Notes: a model not told the origin generated them from the sequence alone. A DNA stretch of 64,000 nt from Octopus vulgaris (GCA_951406725.2 OX597819.1:13950001-14014000); one strand, 5' to 3'. Numbered from the stretch's first letter, positions 13,202 through 30,960 are shown. Numbers and translations: made by a program.

Positions 13202-13808
13202 TTCTAAATAATTTTAAAGAGATAAAGTGAAAAAAAGGAACGATAGTGTAAAGAAAGGGGTTTCGTGATTTCTAGTTTTCAAGTAGATTGAAAGCGAAGT
13301 GAACGCTGTAATAGAAGTTGAAAGAAAATTATTCTCAGAAAGTAAACAAAGATGAAGTCGTAACTCAGATGTTACCTTAAGTTAAAGGAAAATAAGCAAA
13401 TAAAAAGGATACTTATTCGCAAGAGGTAAAATTCCAAATCCTTGTCCTTGTACGAAGAAGTTTTCCTTAAAAAAAAAAAAAAAAAAAACCCTTTTTGCTT
13501 CTTACATTCGGCTGGAAATAAAAGTACGATTTGCAACCACGTGCTTTTTCGACGAAAACTCTCCCATACGTAACTGACTTTAATGTATTATATTCAGCTA
13601 GTAGCGAAATATATTACGGTTTTTAATTAATATATTATAGTAGACCGTTATGAGATAACAAGTTCTGCGTTTTGTCAGTTTTAGCAGATTATTTCGTCGA
13701 TTTATGCAACCCCTTTTTGGTTGTTTCAAGAGAACGAAAGAACACGTCTTTCTTCGACGAAACCAGAAGTAAATATATAGTTGGAAAATTGGGAGAGTAT
13801 ATATAATA

Positions 13809-14217
<409 letters not shown>

Positions 14218-14219
<2 letters not shown>

Positions 14220-15022
14220 AAAAATTGGGAGAATGGCTTGATGACTTTCTGAAGGATAGAAGTCAGGTGGTAGTAGCCAATGTGGCCACCTCCAATGACA
14301 CGCAAATAGTGAGCGGTGTTCCGCAAGGCACTGTTTTGGGACCATTACTGTTTATAATGGCCCTCTCAGACCTGCCCTCAGCCACACAGAGAGCCACGAT
14401 CACAAGTTATGCAGATGATACAAAAGTCTCACGGGTAATACAGAACCCTGAAGACACTATGCACCTGCAATGTGAGCTGGATGAAATATACAACTGGGCT
14501 GAAAAGAATAGCATGCAGTCTAATGCTGAAAAGTTTCAAGCCTTCAGCTATCAGCATGCGAAACTAAATGCAATACCTAATACACTGGACTTGGAGGGAT
14601 TGCAATCCCAGAGGCACAGTCAGTGCGAGAGCTGGGCATTTACATGAGTAATGATGCATCCTTTCATGTACATGTTGCTAAATTGGCAATGATCGGATGG
14701 ATTCTTAGAACTTTTAGAACAAGAGACCAGGAAACTATGATGGTCCTCTGGAGGCCACTTGTCCTAAGCCACTTTGACTATTGCTCTCAGCTATAATCAC
14801 CAACCTGTGTCAAATTAATCTCAGAACTTGAGGCAATCCAACGAAGCTACACGAAGAAGATAGCCTCTATGCAGCATATACGCTATTGGGAAAGACTCAA
14901 GAGATTAAGACTCTATTCTTTAGAGCGTAGGCGAGAAAGATATGCCATAATATACATCTGGAAGATCCTGGAAGGACTTGTCCCAAACTTTGGCATCGAG
15001 AGTTACACAAATACTAGAACAG
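14218..15022 (+). mobile_element. CR1-clade LINE RT fragment, related to the 7625-11100 copy
   Basis: SGVPQGTVLGPLLF, YADDTK, YWERLKRLRLYSLERRRERY. Confidence 0.92.
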
Positions 15023-15211
15023 TAAGCTTGGCACGTTCCCACGGCTTTATCGATCGCATTCTTGCCTGGAATCGATTTTTGTAATTTTTTCAAGACTTGT
15101 ACATGCCCTGATACCGTCGGTATCTTCATATCAAATTTGAGTGCAATCGGATGGAGGATACCCGAGATCCTAGAAGACACACGCACAGACAGACAGAACG
15201 GATTTTATATA

Positions 15212-15215
<4 letters not shown>
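15023..15215 (-). mobile_element. Helitron-like 5' fragment
   Basis: Minus strand TATATAAAA...(CTGT)n...CCGATT...CAAATTTG resembles the 5' ends of the other Helitrons; no 3' end seen. Confidence 0.45.
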
Positions 15216-15994
<779 letters not shown>

Positions 15995-16350
15995 TCTATA
16001 TAAACGGCAGTTTGTCTGTGTGTGTTTCTGTGTGTCTGTTTGGTTGTACCTCACCCGACCATGGCTTTCAACGATTCTGATGAAACTTGACACACATAGC
16101 CAATGTCATAATTCAAAACTAACGTAGCGAAATTTTGAAAAGTTTCACCAGTTCTGAAAAATCGATAATTCGACATGGGGTCGAGAATCAGAAACACAAA
16201 CCGCAAACTGTCTAGGGGACGAAACTCCACTTTTTCACTCTCAAAAAAATTTACCATAATTTTTTCCATTTTTTGCTATTTTCTGGCTATAACTTAAAAT
16301 GTTTATAGTTATTTCCTACAAACCTGAGCAACGCCGGGCGATACTGCTAG
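15995..16350 (+). mobile_element. Non-autonomous Helitron
   Basis: A|TC start; ...CCTGAGCAACGCCGGGCGATACTGCTAG|T end. Confidence 0.85.
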
Positions 16351-16352
16351 TA

Positions 16353-16451
<99 letters not shown>

Positions 16452-16455
16452 TTTA

Positions 16456-16487
<32 letters not shown>

Positions 16488-16490
16488 CAT

Positions 16491-16652
16491 GACGGGCTTC
16501 TTTCAGTTTCCGTCTACCAAATCCACTCACAAGGCTTTGGTCGCCCTGAGGCTATAGTTGAAGACACTTTCCCAAAGTGCCACGCAATGGGATTGAACCC
16601 GGAACAATGTGGTTGGTAAGCAAGCTACTTACCACACAGCCACTTCTGCGCC
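16491..16652 (-). mobile_element. SINE family A, 5' half
   Basis: Matches the family A head. Confidence 0.85.
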
Positions 16653-16857
16653 TTGTTAAAAGTTTAGATGGGAACGTTTTACCAATGTTCTTTGTGTTTA
16701 TGTTTATATATGTATTTAATAAGAGGAGGTTTCTTTCTATTTATTCCAGGATAGTTTTGGGGTGGGGGAGGACGGCATATATCGTGTTAGCAACTACGTC
16801 ATGTCCATTAGAAGTTAGTGCCTAGATGACATTTTTGTGGCAGTGTCTTTGAATATA

Positions 16858-17544
<687 letters not shown>

Positions 17545-17547
17545 TAT

Positions 17548-17597
<50 letters not shown>

Positions 17598-17600
<3 letters not shown>

Positions 17601-17769
17601 TTTTTTCCTGTCTTCCTTTCTCGGGATCTTTCCTTCTCCGACGAAGAGCTTCGCTCGAAACGTTAAACCCTCCTTCTTCCCTTCTTTCCTGAGCGTCCAA
17701 TAATACTATATTTGTTCCACGTCCTCGCGTTGCTGTGTTTCTTTTGTGTTTTCTTGTTTGGATTAACTT

Positions 17770-17770
<1 letters not shown>
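17598..17770 (+). mobile_element. PLE-type tail fragment with partial hammerhead core, in (TA)n
   Basis: CCGACGA-A-GAGC-TTC-GCTC-GAAAC-GTT at ~17638-17664; stem I not evident. Confidence 0.45.
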
Positions 17771-17806
<36 letters not shown>

Positions 17807-17946
17807 TTTACTCATTATCTTTTATTAAACTTTTAATAATTTTGATATATATTTAAAATAATATAAACTAATTAATTTTATGTATTGGCTTAAGTTTTTC
17901 ATTGTTTGATTTGCCTAATAGTGGTTTTATCTCTAATTTAATATAG

Positions 17947-17977
<31 letters not shown>

Positions 17978-18048
17978 CAAAATTAGAAAATGGAGAAACA
18001 TACTTAAATCAATCATATATATATACACACCTATTTATACTTGCACTG

Positions 18049-18260
18049 AGGCGGCGAGCTGGTAAAATCGTTAGCATAACAAGCAAACTGCTTACACCAA
18101 CATTTCAGCATTCTTTATGTTCTGAGTTCAAATTCCGCCGAGGTCTACTTTGCCTTTCATCCTTTCGGGGTCCATAGAATAAGCTGAGCTCTAGGTTCAG
18201 TTTGATTGACTTACCCACTCCTTCGAACATGCTGGCCTTGTGCTAAAATTTTAATCCAAT
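18049..18260 (+). mobile_element. SINE family B (tRNA head, Meta-like central domain), diverged
   Basis: GGCGGCGAGCTGG...GAGTTCAAATTCC...GCCTTTCATCCTTTCGGGGTC. Confidence 0.85.
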
Positions 18261-18301
18261 ATATGCAAAAATTTGTGTGTGCGTGCGTGTGCGCGTGTGT
18301 A

Positions 18302-18532
18302 TAGTAATCCCTCGACTATCGCGGGTGTTATGTTCCATCCGCCACCACCCCTCCCGCGATAGGTGAAAATCTGCGAAGTAGAAACAGTACTGTACTGTAT
18401 ATATAACATTTATTTTTTATAATTTGTATATATTTATTTTATCATAAATGCAAAACTACACCACGGAGGAATTGACATAAGCTTCAATAATAAACCGCGA
18501 TAGGTGAACCGCGATATGGCGAGGGATTCCTG
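18302..18532 (+). mobile_element. Tigger/pogo-like MITE
   Basis: TA TSD; TIRs TAGTAATCCCTCG / CGAGGGATTCCTG. Confidence 0.8.
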
Positions 18533-18646
18533 TATTTGTGTGTGTATGTGTGTGCATATGTATGCATATAGGTATATGCATATTTGTGCATATGTATTTA
18601 CAAATATCTATATCTATCTATCTATCTATATATATATATATATATA

Positions 18647-18842
18647 TTCTTTTACTCTTTTACTTGTTTCAGTCATTTGACTGCGGCCATTCTGGTGCAC
18701 CACCTTTTAGTCGAGCAAATCGACCCCAGGACTTATTCTTTGTAAGCCTAGTACTTATTCTATCGGTCTCTTTTTTTCCGAACCGCTAAGTTACGGGGAC
18801 GTAAACACACCACCATCGGATGTCAAGCGATGTTGGGGGAGA

Positions 18843-18896
<54 letters not shown>

Positions 18897-19017
18897 CGAC
18901 GGGCTTCTTTCAGATTCCGTCTACAAAATACACTCACAAAGCTTTGGTCGGCCCGAGGCTATAGTAGGCCAATGTGCCACGCAGTGGGACTGAACCCGGA
19001 ACCATGTGGCTGGTAAG

Positions 19018-19081
<64 letters not shown>

Positions 19082-19334
19082 CGCAGGAGTGTGGTAAGTA
19101 GCTTGCTAACCAACCACATGGTTCCGGGTTCAGTCCCACTGCGTGGCATCTTGGGCTAGTGTCTTCTGCTATAGCCCCGGGCCGACCAATGCCTTGTGAG
19201 TGGATTTGGTAGACGGAAACTAAAAGAAGCCTGTCGTATATATATATCTTGGGCAACTGTCTTCTGCTATAGCCCCGGGCCGACCGATGCCTTGAGAGTG
19301 GATTTGGTAGACGGAAACTGAAAGAAGCCTGCCG

Positions 19335-19388
<54 letters not shown>

Positions 19389-19578
19389 TGTGTCAGTGTT
19401 TGTTCCCCTAGCATTGCTTGACAACCGATGCTGGTGTGTTTACGTCCCCGTCACATAGCGGTTCGCCAAAAGAGACCGATAGAATAAGTACTGGGCTTAC
19501 AAAGAATAAGTCCCGGGGTCGATCTGCTCGACTAAAGGCGGTGCTCCAGCATGGCCGCAGTCAAATGACTGAAGCAAG

Positions 19579-19646
<68 letters not shown>

Positions 19647-20085
19647 CATGATAGATGATATGAGACAAACAATACAAAAAAAGTTCATATAGGCATTATA
19701 TAGGTGAGTTCATAATACATACATTACACACGCTTATCTCTCTCTCTCTCTCCCTCTTTTATATGTGTCAGTCCTTTCACACGGGTTTTAGTTTTTTTTT
19801 ATTACATTGGGAGTGGTTATTATTATTCTGCGTCTGTCCTTTTTGCCTTTCTTTTTGCTCCGATTCTTTGCTAATAGTTTATTATTCATCAATAAATAAT
19901 GAAAAAAAAAACTACTTTAATATTATTATTAACCATTTAAGTAGCTTGGTAAGTAGCTTGGTAAGTAGCTTGCTAACCAACCACATGGTTCCTGGTTCAG
20001 TCCCACTGCGTAGCATCTTGGGCAAGTGTCTTCTGCTATAGCCTCGAGTGGATTTGGTAGACGGAAACTGAAAGAAGCCTGTCGT

Positions 20086-20137
<52 letters not shown>

Positions 20138-20345
20138 GTTTGTGTGTCTGTGTTTGTCCCTCTACCATTGCTTGACAACCGGTGCTGGTATGTTTACGTC
20201 CCCGTCACTTAGCGGTTCGGCAAAAGAGATCGATAGAATAAGTACTGGGCTTACAAAGAATAAGTCCCGGGGTCGATTTGCTCGACCGAAAGCGGTGCTC
20301 CAGCATGGCCGCAGTCAAATGACTGAAACAAGTAAAAGAGTAAAA
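18647..20345. mobile_element. Cluster of SINE A copies (18647-19020 -, 19080-19240 +, 19248-19581 +, 19938-20345 +)
   Basis: Repeated family A sequence in both orientations, separated by (TA)n. Confidence 0.88.
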
Positions 20346-20409
20346 TAGAGTGAAGAGTATTTTATTTACTCCTTTATCGAAATTTTAGTTTTCGTTCCTA
20401 CGCACGCAT

Positions 20410-20465
<56 letters not shown>

Positions 20466-21028
20466 ATGTTTGTGTGTGTGTGTGTGTGTTCAGCTTTATT
20501 TCAAGATTTTTTTTACTAATAGTGAAATGCCGGTTTCTAACTCGGGTCCATGGCATCTGCATTGGAATTTTAGTAACATCATCACTGCATTCGCGTATGT
20601 TTGAGTGAATGTGTGCAATATTTGGAGCTAGCGCCATGTGCAGATTTATATTTTTTGTCTTAGGTGCGTATTCTCTTGCATATAGTTGCGCATGTATACT
20701 TAAATGCTCACATTAACTTAAATGCTAAACTTTTGGAAAGTTTTACAAATTCTTGTAATCTTCTAATCAACTTTCCTTTAAAAGGAATCCTTGCATTTCT
20801 AGTTTTCTGTATAAATCTGTGGACACATAGCCAAATGCACTTATGATGTTAGGTACAAATGAAGATTTATAGTCGCGATAGAAGAACTGTAAGTCCTACA
20901 TTAATTCACCATCAATGTTTTCTTTCTGAACTTTCGATGGTTCGCTCACAATTGGTGGGAAGCTGACCTCTACAGAGGTGCATGGCTTTTCTTCTCTTCC
21001 CACAGAACGATATCAGATCTGTTGTGTT

Positions 21029-21082
<54 letters not shown>

Positions 21083-21929
21083 TACACACACACATATATA
21101 TATATATAGAAGAACAATCTTACTTAGAAAGGGATGCGTGCGTTCTGTCATATAATGAATTAATAAATAAATAAAATATATGCATATATACATACATATA
21201 TGTACGTACCTACCTCTACATGTATATATACATGCATATATGGGTACAGGACACCAAAAAAAAACGTCGAACACAATGAGAAACGAAAACATAAACACAA
21301 AACCAAGGAAATGGACTTTTTTTTTAAAACAACGAAAAAATAGAGGACAGGACATACAATACAAGGAAAATTCCCCTTCTTCAGTCGCCTTAATTTCATC
21401 TACTCCACGTTTCGAAGGTGGAGTATTACATTATATGTGTGTGTGTGTGTGTTTAAATGTGTATAGAGTAATATATAAGTTGAATAAAATTAAAGCATGG
21501 TCTGGTTTTCACTTTTTTATTATAATAAAAAAAATCGTGAAGACCAGACCATGTTTTAACTTTATTCAACTGATAAACAGTGTTGCAAACGTCACGATTC
21601 CAACTGTTTTACTGGTCATGCAAGCATAACACTCTACCTTAAGTTTCCCCATACACGTACAACTATGCTGTTCTCAATACAAAACAAAATCAGGTGGAAT
21701 AACGACAGGAATCCCTGGAAAATTAGCTAAAAGGTAAAATAAACCAATACCAAGCATTTCTCATATACAAATCGAAACGCCTGGCTGAGGACATTAAAAA
21801 ATCTGTCAAAATTCAAATTGAGGCGGTAAAATCTCCATTAATGACATTGGCCTTGTTTATAATAGAGAAGCAGCATCATACCAATATCATCGCCATCTTG
21901 ATGATGAATCGAGGAAGATGTTGAAATAT

Positions 21930-23812
<1,883 letters not shown>

Positions 23813-23854
23813 CCATTCTTTAATTGAATACTTTATATTATTTTACCTTACGAT

Positions 23855-24202
23855 CGGCGTTTGATTTACCATTAAGCAAAATAAGCACCTGCTTAGAGCA
23901 TCAAAGGAAGGGAGAAGGAGGCATCGCAGAAATGGTAAATGGTTTACGGCACAAAAAAAATCACTTTAAATTTGCTAAAATAATATTCGAAGTGCTTTAT
24001 ATAATCGAGAATGTAATTTCGAAGTACTCATGGTGTCACAGTGAGGATCTAATCAAGAATTCGCAATTAAAAGAATTTTCATGTATAAAGAAAGTGAAAG
24101 TATACAAAAATGAAACATTATTCTCCATCTTAATTAATATTAATTTTGTTTTATTTTGAAAAATACAAATTTATCTTATGGTTTATTATCGTTTATATTT
24201 TA

Positions 24203-24258
<56 letters not shown>

Positions 24259-24311
24259 GGCACCAAGATCTTTAAGTGCTTAGGGCCTTTATTGGGTCTC
24301 GATCGGGCCCT
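23855..24311 (+). mobile_element. Non-autonomous hAT remnant
   Basis: Right end GGGCCCTG; left-end-like GATTTACCATTAAGCAAAATAAGCAC; internal IENVISK...EDLIK resembles a hAT C-terminal dimerisation remnant. Confidence 0.45.
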
Positions 24312-24365
24312 GCTTATGGTGATGCTTCTCAACCCTTCTTTATCTTATAAACGATAAACTTTAAA

Positions 24366-24598
24366 GGCGACGAGCTGGCAGAAACGTTAGCACGCCGGGC
24401 GAAATGCGTAGCCGTATTTCGTCCGCTGTTACGTCCTGAGTTCAAATTCCGCCGAGGTCGACTTTGCCTTTCATCCTTCCGGGGTCGATAAATTAAGTAC
24501 CAGTTACGCACTGGGGTCGATGTAATCGACTTAATCCGTTTGTCTGTCCTTGTTTGTCCCATCTGTGTTTAGCCCCTTGTGGGTAGTAAAGAAATAGA
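24366..24598 (+). mobile_element. SINE family B, full length, GTAAAGAAATAG-tail variant
   Basis: Consensus match. Confidence 0.9.
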
Positions 24599-25330
24599 TA
24601 AACATTGTACAACAGAAACAAACCAATCTAAACAACACAAACCTGTTTTGTCCTATGATAAATATGTTGACCGTCTCCAAGAATAATTCTTCACCAGCCG
24701 CCAAACGAAATGGTTCCAAATGTTGTTTGGTGAGTAAACATAGCAGTCTAACCAAAGATAGCCAGGTTAGAGTATGTACTTATGTATTTGGTAAGTTTGG
24801 AAGACATAGGGAAATGGAATTACAGTTGAAGGTATTCTCATATATTTAATTAGTAAACGAAATGAGTGTAATGGAACCAATTATATAATTAGAACGTAAT
24901 GATATAGCTTAAACGATTTGTCAGGCGAAAAACTGGCGACTGGGAGGGTTTCTTCTTGTGAACATGTATCTCGCTCGCCTTGGGAGAAATAGTAGTGAAA
25001 TCCCCATCAAAACACACTCCCATCGTCTTAATCTACATCCTGAAAACACAGGATGGTCACGGTTGAAATGCTTTTGGCAATATACTTCAATCAAAGTTAA
25101 CCATCACCTAGTGGCTGCTGTTGTTGTTTAACTCAAGGTCATTCTTAATCCAGCTGACCTGCGGTCAAAGGTATTCAAGCTGTGGCCATCTCGTCTTTTT
25201 TTTTTTCATGCACAGTGTAGCTAGGACTACATGATCCAACGTGTTCTTCCTTCAAGACAGCCATTATTTCAAGCGGGTCGGGACTTCTTCATAAGTTCGA
25301 TATATATATATATATATATATATATAGTAT

Positions 25331-25695
25331 AGGAGGCGCAATGGCCCAGTGATTAGGGCAGTGGACAAACGGTCATAGGACGCGGTTTCGATTCCCAGAC
25401 CGGGCGTTGTGAGTGTTTATTGAACGACATCTAAAGCTCCACGATGCTCCGGTGAGGGGGACGAACCCTGCTGTACTCTCACAAATTTCTCTCATTCTTT
25501 CTTCATGTTTCTGTTGTACCTGTATTTTAAAGGGCCAGCCTTGTCACACTCTGTGTCATGCTGAATCTCCCTGGGAACTAAGTTAAGGGTACACGTGTCT
25601 GTGGAGTGCTCAGCCATTTGCACATTAATTTCACTAGCTGGCTGTTCTGTTGATCAGATTAACTGGAACCCACGTGGTCGTAACCGACGGTGTGT
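25331..25695 (+). mobile_element. SINE family C, older copy
   Basis: Diverged match to 5579-5966. Confidence 0.88.
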
Positions 25696-26038
25696 AATAT
25701 TGTATATATGAAGATTAACTATGATTCTCATAGTTGAAACTGTGCCCAATGGTGGTAAAACCTGGACCTATGGAACTTGAAACTGGGACCAGTGCGAATC
25801 GAGTGCAAAGTCTGATGTGTTGCATCATATGGGTTAGATATTAAGGAAGAATAAACCTCATCTTCCAACCAACCAGTAAATCCTAGGAATTTGTTCATTG
25901 CCGGTAGATTGATATATTTCTTGTTCTACATGGAGGCAGCTTCAGGCAAGTGGACTGTGGGTTTTTGTTGGTGAACTTGCCAGCATGCACAGCATGCACA
26001 ACAGTCCAAGTGAAAATCAAAAGCTCATTCTTACATTG

Positions 26039-26422
26039 GAAGCACTCCGTCGGTTACGACGATGAGGGTTCCGGTTGATCCGAATCAACGGAACAGCCTG
26101 CTCGTGAAATTAACGTGTAAGTGGCTGAGCACTCCACAGACACGTGTACCCTTACACGTAGTTCTCGGGGATATTCAGCGTGACACAGAGAGTGACAAGG
26201 CCGGCCCCTTAAAATACAGGTACAACAGAAACAGGAAGTAAGAGTGAGAGAAAGTTGTGGTGAAAGAGTACAGCAGGGATCACCACCATCCCCTGCCGGA
26301 GCCTCGTGGAGCCTTTTAGGTGTTTTCGCTCAATAAACACTCACAACGCCCGGTCTGGGAATCGAAACTGCGATCTATGAACGCGTTTCCACTGCCCTAA
26401 CCACTGGGCCATTGCGCCTCCA
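26039..26422 (-). mobile_element. SINE family C
   Basis: 13-bp TSD CATTCTTACATTG. Confidence 0.92.
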
Positions 26423-26964
26423 CATTCTTACATTGCCAATGTAAGAACGTACCTTTGATGCAGGACTGAAGAAGTGACACTCGAATGTTCATTAACCGCA
26501 AATTTTACGTAAGTTTTCTTTTGGAACTTTTGCGTGAATTGGCGTTGAAAGCAGAATTGGTACGAAAACAATTTTAACTAATCTTTAATGATAAATTAAA
26601 ATCTTTCTTTGTCATCTCATTTGGATTATACGCACTCGCACAGACACAAATACGCCCCTCCCCCGCCAATACACATACGCACACGCATGCACACACATAC
26701 ATACAATGGAACACACAAACACATATTTTGCTGCTCCGTTATAGGTTGGTTGAACAAAAAAGTACTCCATCTAGTGACAGATATATGCCATTTAATATAC
26801 ACAGGAGTGGCTGTGTGGTAAGAAGCTTGTTTTGGTAATTTTAGCAACTTCTATGCTGAAGTAGAGACAACATGTTCTTTGACTATCTCTTTAACTTCTT
26901 GGAGATTTTAGGTATAATTATACTAATGTGTCCATCTGTTTTAATTTAATTAAATTCTGTCTTT

Positions 26965-27053
26965 GTGAAGCTGAAGATTGCTCTACATTTTAAATTGATG
27001 TAATGATTGCATTGTTCAATTAAATGTAATTGCATGAAACGACTGTACTGCAT
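26965..27053 (+). ncRNA. Hammerhead-like fold with long stem II in a PLE-type remnant
   Basis: GTGAAG-CTGAAGA-T-TGC..TACATTT.AAATTGA[loop]TCAATTAAATGTA..GCA-T-GAAA-C-GACT-G-TA-CTGCAT. Confidence 0.5.
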
Positions 27054-27209
27054 TACCTCTGGATATCCTTGTTACTTATTTTGATTTTAATCGCCTTACT
27101 TTGAAATTGTATGGATGATAGCCTACTAAATTCTGGTGCCTCAACTTAAGTACCATATTCATCTGAATCTAAATTTTTGCACACACACACATATATATAT
27201 ACATACATT

Positions 27210-27267
<58 letters not shown>

Positions 27268-27371
27268 CATATATACACATATATACACACACACACATAT
27301 ACACACACACATATATACATATATATACACATATATATACATATATATATATATACACATATATATACATG

Positions 27372-27431
<60 letters not shown>

Positions 27432-27473
27432 TGTGTGTGTGTTTGTATGTTAAAATAGGGAATGCCGGTTTAT

Positions 27474-27534
27474 GGGATTACCTTAGATTTCCCGTCCATA
27501 AAGGGTTTAGTCTTATGGCGAATCGTCAGACCCC
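27474..27534 (-). ncRNA. Type-I hammerhead ribozyme (left pLTR)
   Basis: GGGGT-CTGACGA-TTCGCCATAA[loop]TTATGGACGG-GAAA-TC-TAA-GG-TA-ATCCC. Confidence 0.7.
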
Positions 27535-28150
27535 AAAACCTGTTGGCCTATGACCTCTTCAAAATATGGAGGGGGAAAGACTCGTTACTCAAAGGTAAAC
27601 AATTGGGGGGTTGTCTCCCTTTGCTACTGGCTATCGACTTCCGGCTGTGCCGCCATCTTATGAGTTTCAAAAAACTCTCAGGAACCTCCCAAATGTCAAC
27701 ATGGCCCAAAGATCTCCGTCCTTGGGTTGAAGATGTTCCCTGGTTCAAATGAGTCTTTTAGGATTCTCGCGTGTTCAGCTATGCATAACTTGCAACGCTT
27801 CGTCTCGTTGATGTAGGCGCCTGGGATCTGTAGGATTTTCTATGAGATCGAGTATGGGATCCCACCGTCTCTTAGTTGCCAGACGTGGCTGGCCAGTGAT
27901 GTTACGTATCTCCTTTCTGGAACTCTGAAGGAGGACCTGTGGTTGGAGACACGCTGCTTGATGTATCTCCGTGGGCATATATTGTCGGTGCTGTGCCTGT
28001 TGTTGTTGTTGCTGCTGTTGCCGACATTATTGCTGTTGGAGCTGAGACTACCGGTGTTAGCGTCACTGATAATCCCCCATTGTTTACCTTTGAATTGCGA
28101 GGCTTTTCCCGCCCTCCATATTTTGAAGAGGTCAAAGGCCAACAGGTTTT

Positions 28151-28211
28151 GGGATCTGATGATTCGCTATAATTCTAAACCCTTTATGGACGGGAAACCT
28201 AAGGTAATCCC
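28151..28211 (+). ncRNA. Type-I hammerhead ribozyme (right pLTR)
   Basis: GGGAT-CTGATGA-TTCGCTATAA[loop]TTATGGACGG-GAAA-CC-TAA-GG-TA-ATCCC; intact core, GUA cleavage triplet. Confidence 0.78.
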
Positions 28212-28592
28212 ATAAACTGGCTTTCCCCATTGTTGATATATACTGCTCTACATCTTAGAGTGTGCTTCTTCTCAGGATTTGTTTTCTACAAACGTTGTAT
28301 ATATGGTCCGACCAAAGCCTTGTGAGTAGATTTGGTAGACGGAAACTGGAAGAAGCCCGTCATATATATATATATATATATAAAGGAAACTAAAAATGGA
28401 ACATGAACATAACAGGCGACGACAAAACATTCGGACAGTTAGACGATACAAAAAAGGACAGGTAAAAACAAGGACGGATCATTTGGAGCTTTCAATCATC
28501 AGTCGAATTCCAGATTTTCTCGGCAGTTACGTTCTTGTTCCATTTTTTGTTTTCTTTTTTATTTATACGTATAGCGACGTACGTACACTTTT

Positions 28593-28689
<97 letters not shown>

Positions 28690-29091
28690 AGTTGAAATTT
28701 ACAGAAAAACAAGACGAAGACAGGTATGTAAGCAACAAGCAGATGTATTAATTTGACACTCAGGAAGGTGTGAAAGTCTTTTACATTTCGCGCCTATGCT
28801 CTTCAACAGAAAGGAACACGATGAAATAAGCAGAGACAATGAGAAAAAAAACACTTGTTGATTTAGATGTCAATCATGGCGACGTTTGTGTGCCTCTGTT
28901 TGTGTCATCACCATCCCTTGCAACCGATATTGGTGTGTTTACATTCCCGTAACATTAGCGGTTCGGCAAAAGAGACCAATAGAATAAGTACTAGGCTTAC
29001 AAGAAATAAGTCCTGGGGTCGATTTGTTCGACTAAAGGCAGTGCTCCAGCATAACCGCAGTCAAATCACTGAAACAAATCACTGAATACAA

Positions 29092-29129
<38 letters not shown>

Positions 29130-29132
<3 letters not shown>

Positions 29133-29427
29133 CGTGACCGACCAGGCTCTCAGATGTTGCTACACACCGCTGGTCACAATGCACTTCGCGTTGTTTTAGC
29201 CTTCAAATGATGCCACCCCACTGGCTAAGCGAGCAGGCCAACAGAAGAAAGAGTGAAAGAAAGTTGTGGCGAAAGAGTACAGCAGGGATCGCCACCACCT
29301 CCTGCAGGAGCCTCGTGGTGCTTTAGGTGTTTTCGCTCAATAAACACTCACAATGCCCGGTCTGGGAATCGAACCCGCGATCCTCCGACCACGAGTCCGC
29401 TGACCTAACCACTGGGCTATTGCGCCT

Positions 29428-29430
<3 letters not shown>
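29130..29430 (-). mobile_element. SINE C-headed variant with a different 3' half
   Basis: 29250-29430 matches the family C head and body; 29130-29250 is unrelated to the family C tail. Confidence 0.8.
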
Positions 29431-29479
<49 letters not shown>

Positions 29480-30234
29480 GTATGTATGTATATATATACT
29501 CACACACACACACACTTTCATAAGCGCCCATGTACACTCACTATGCACACGTGCATATGCATCCCTCCATATACACTAGCTGAGTGGATTTATGTTACAA
29601 AAACGTTAGTTGTCCTACAGAAGCGAATGTATTGAATATCAATCAATATACTTTGTATTGCCTGCACGAAATGTACGGAAACAAACGAAAATGTTCGGAA
29701 ACCCCTGAACGTTTCTATGGAACGTATTTTGAGTTGGTTTGTTACAGCAGATCATATTCCCTTCGAGGCTCTTGACTATGGCTGGATTTGCTGGTACGAG
29801 AAGGGCTTGGGGGGCAGAAGTGTGAGTGATTCAATCAATCGGTTCTTGAAACTGGGTCGCCAGCTAGGATCGTTGATTGACTTGGTACATTTTAACAGCT
29901 AAATGTGGTCGTTGATAGATGTTGGCGAAGAAGACGATATATGGTTGCAATTTGAAACACCCACGGAAATAGGTCCGCTGCATCGGGGGGTTGACCTGGG
30001 GGTTAAACAACAGCTGTAAAAAACTGGGATCCTAACATAGTTGCTTGATCTTGTGTGTGTGTGTGTGTGTGTAAACATAACTAGACACGTGTGAGCTTAC
30101 CTCACACTTGCTAAAACAAATACACACACACACACGTGCGCGCAAAGACGACTTTTACGGACTGTGCAAGTTAACATCTCTTATCAACGTATCGTATCTT
30201 CATGCACACTAGCACACTTGTTCTCTTTCTCTCT

Positions 30235-30865
<631 letters not shown>

Positions 30866-30960
30866 CATAATTGTATAGACACAGGCAAGCCGTATAAATA
30901 AATCCATCAGCTGTTCATATAGTCTCCCTTCCCCCCATCTCCCTCTCATGTAATATGGAT

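Larger units (their letters stand above)
27458..28295 (-). mobile_element. Penelope-like element: 3' GIY-YIG fragment flanked by inverted pLTRs
   Basis: Minus-strand IKQRVSNHRSSFR...TSLASHVWQLRD and CKLCIAE typical of the PLE endonuclease C-terminus; inverted repeat 27458-27609 / 28074-28228. Confidence 0.85.
26803..29075 (+). mobile_element. SINE family A split by nested PLE-type insertions (pieces 26803-26830, 28305-28362, 28885-29075)
   Basis: Collinear family A segments in the same orientation. Confidence 0.6.
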
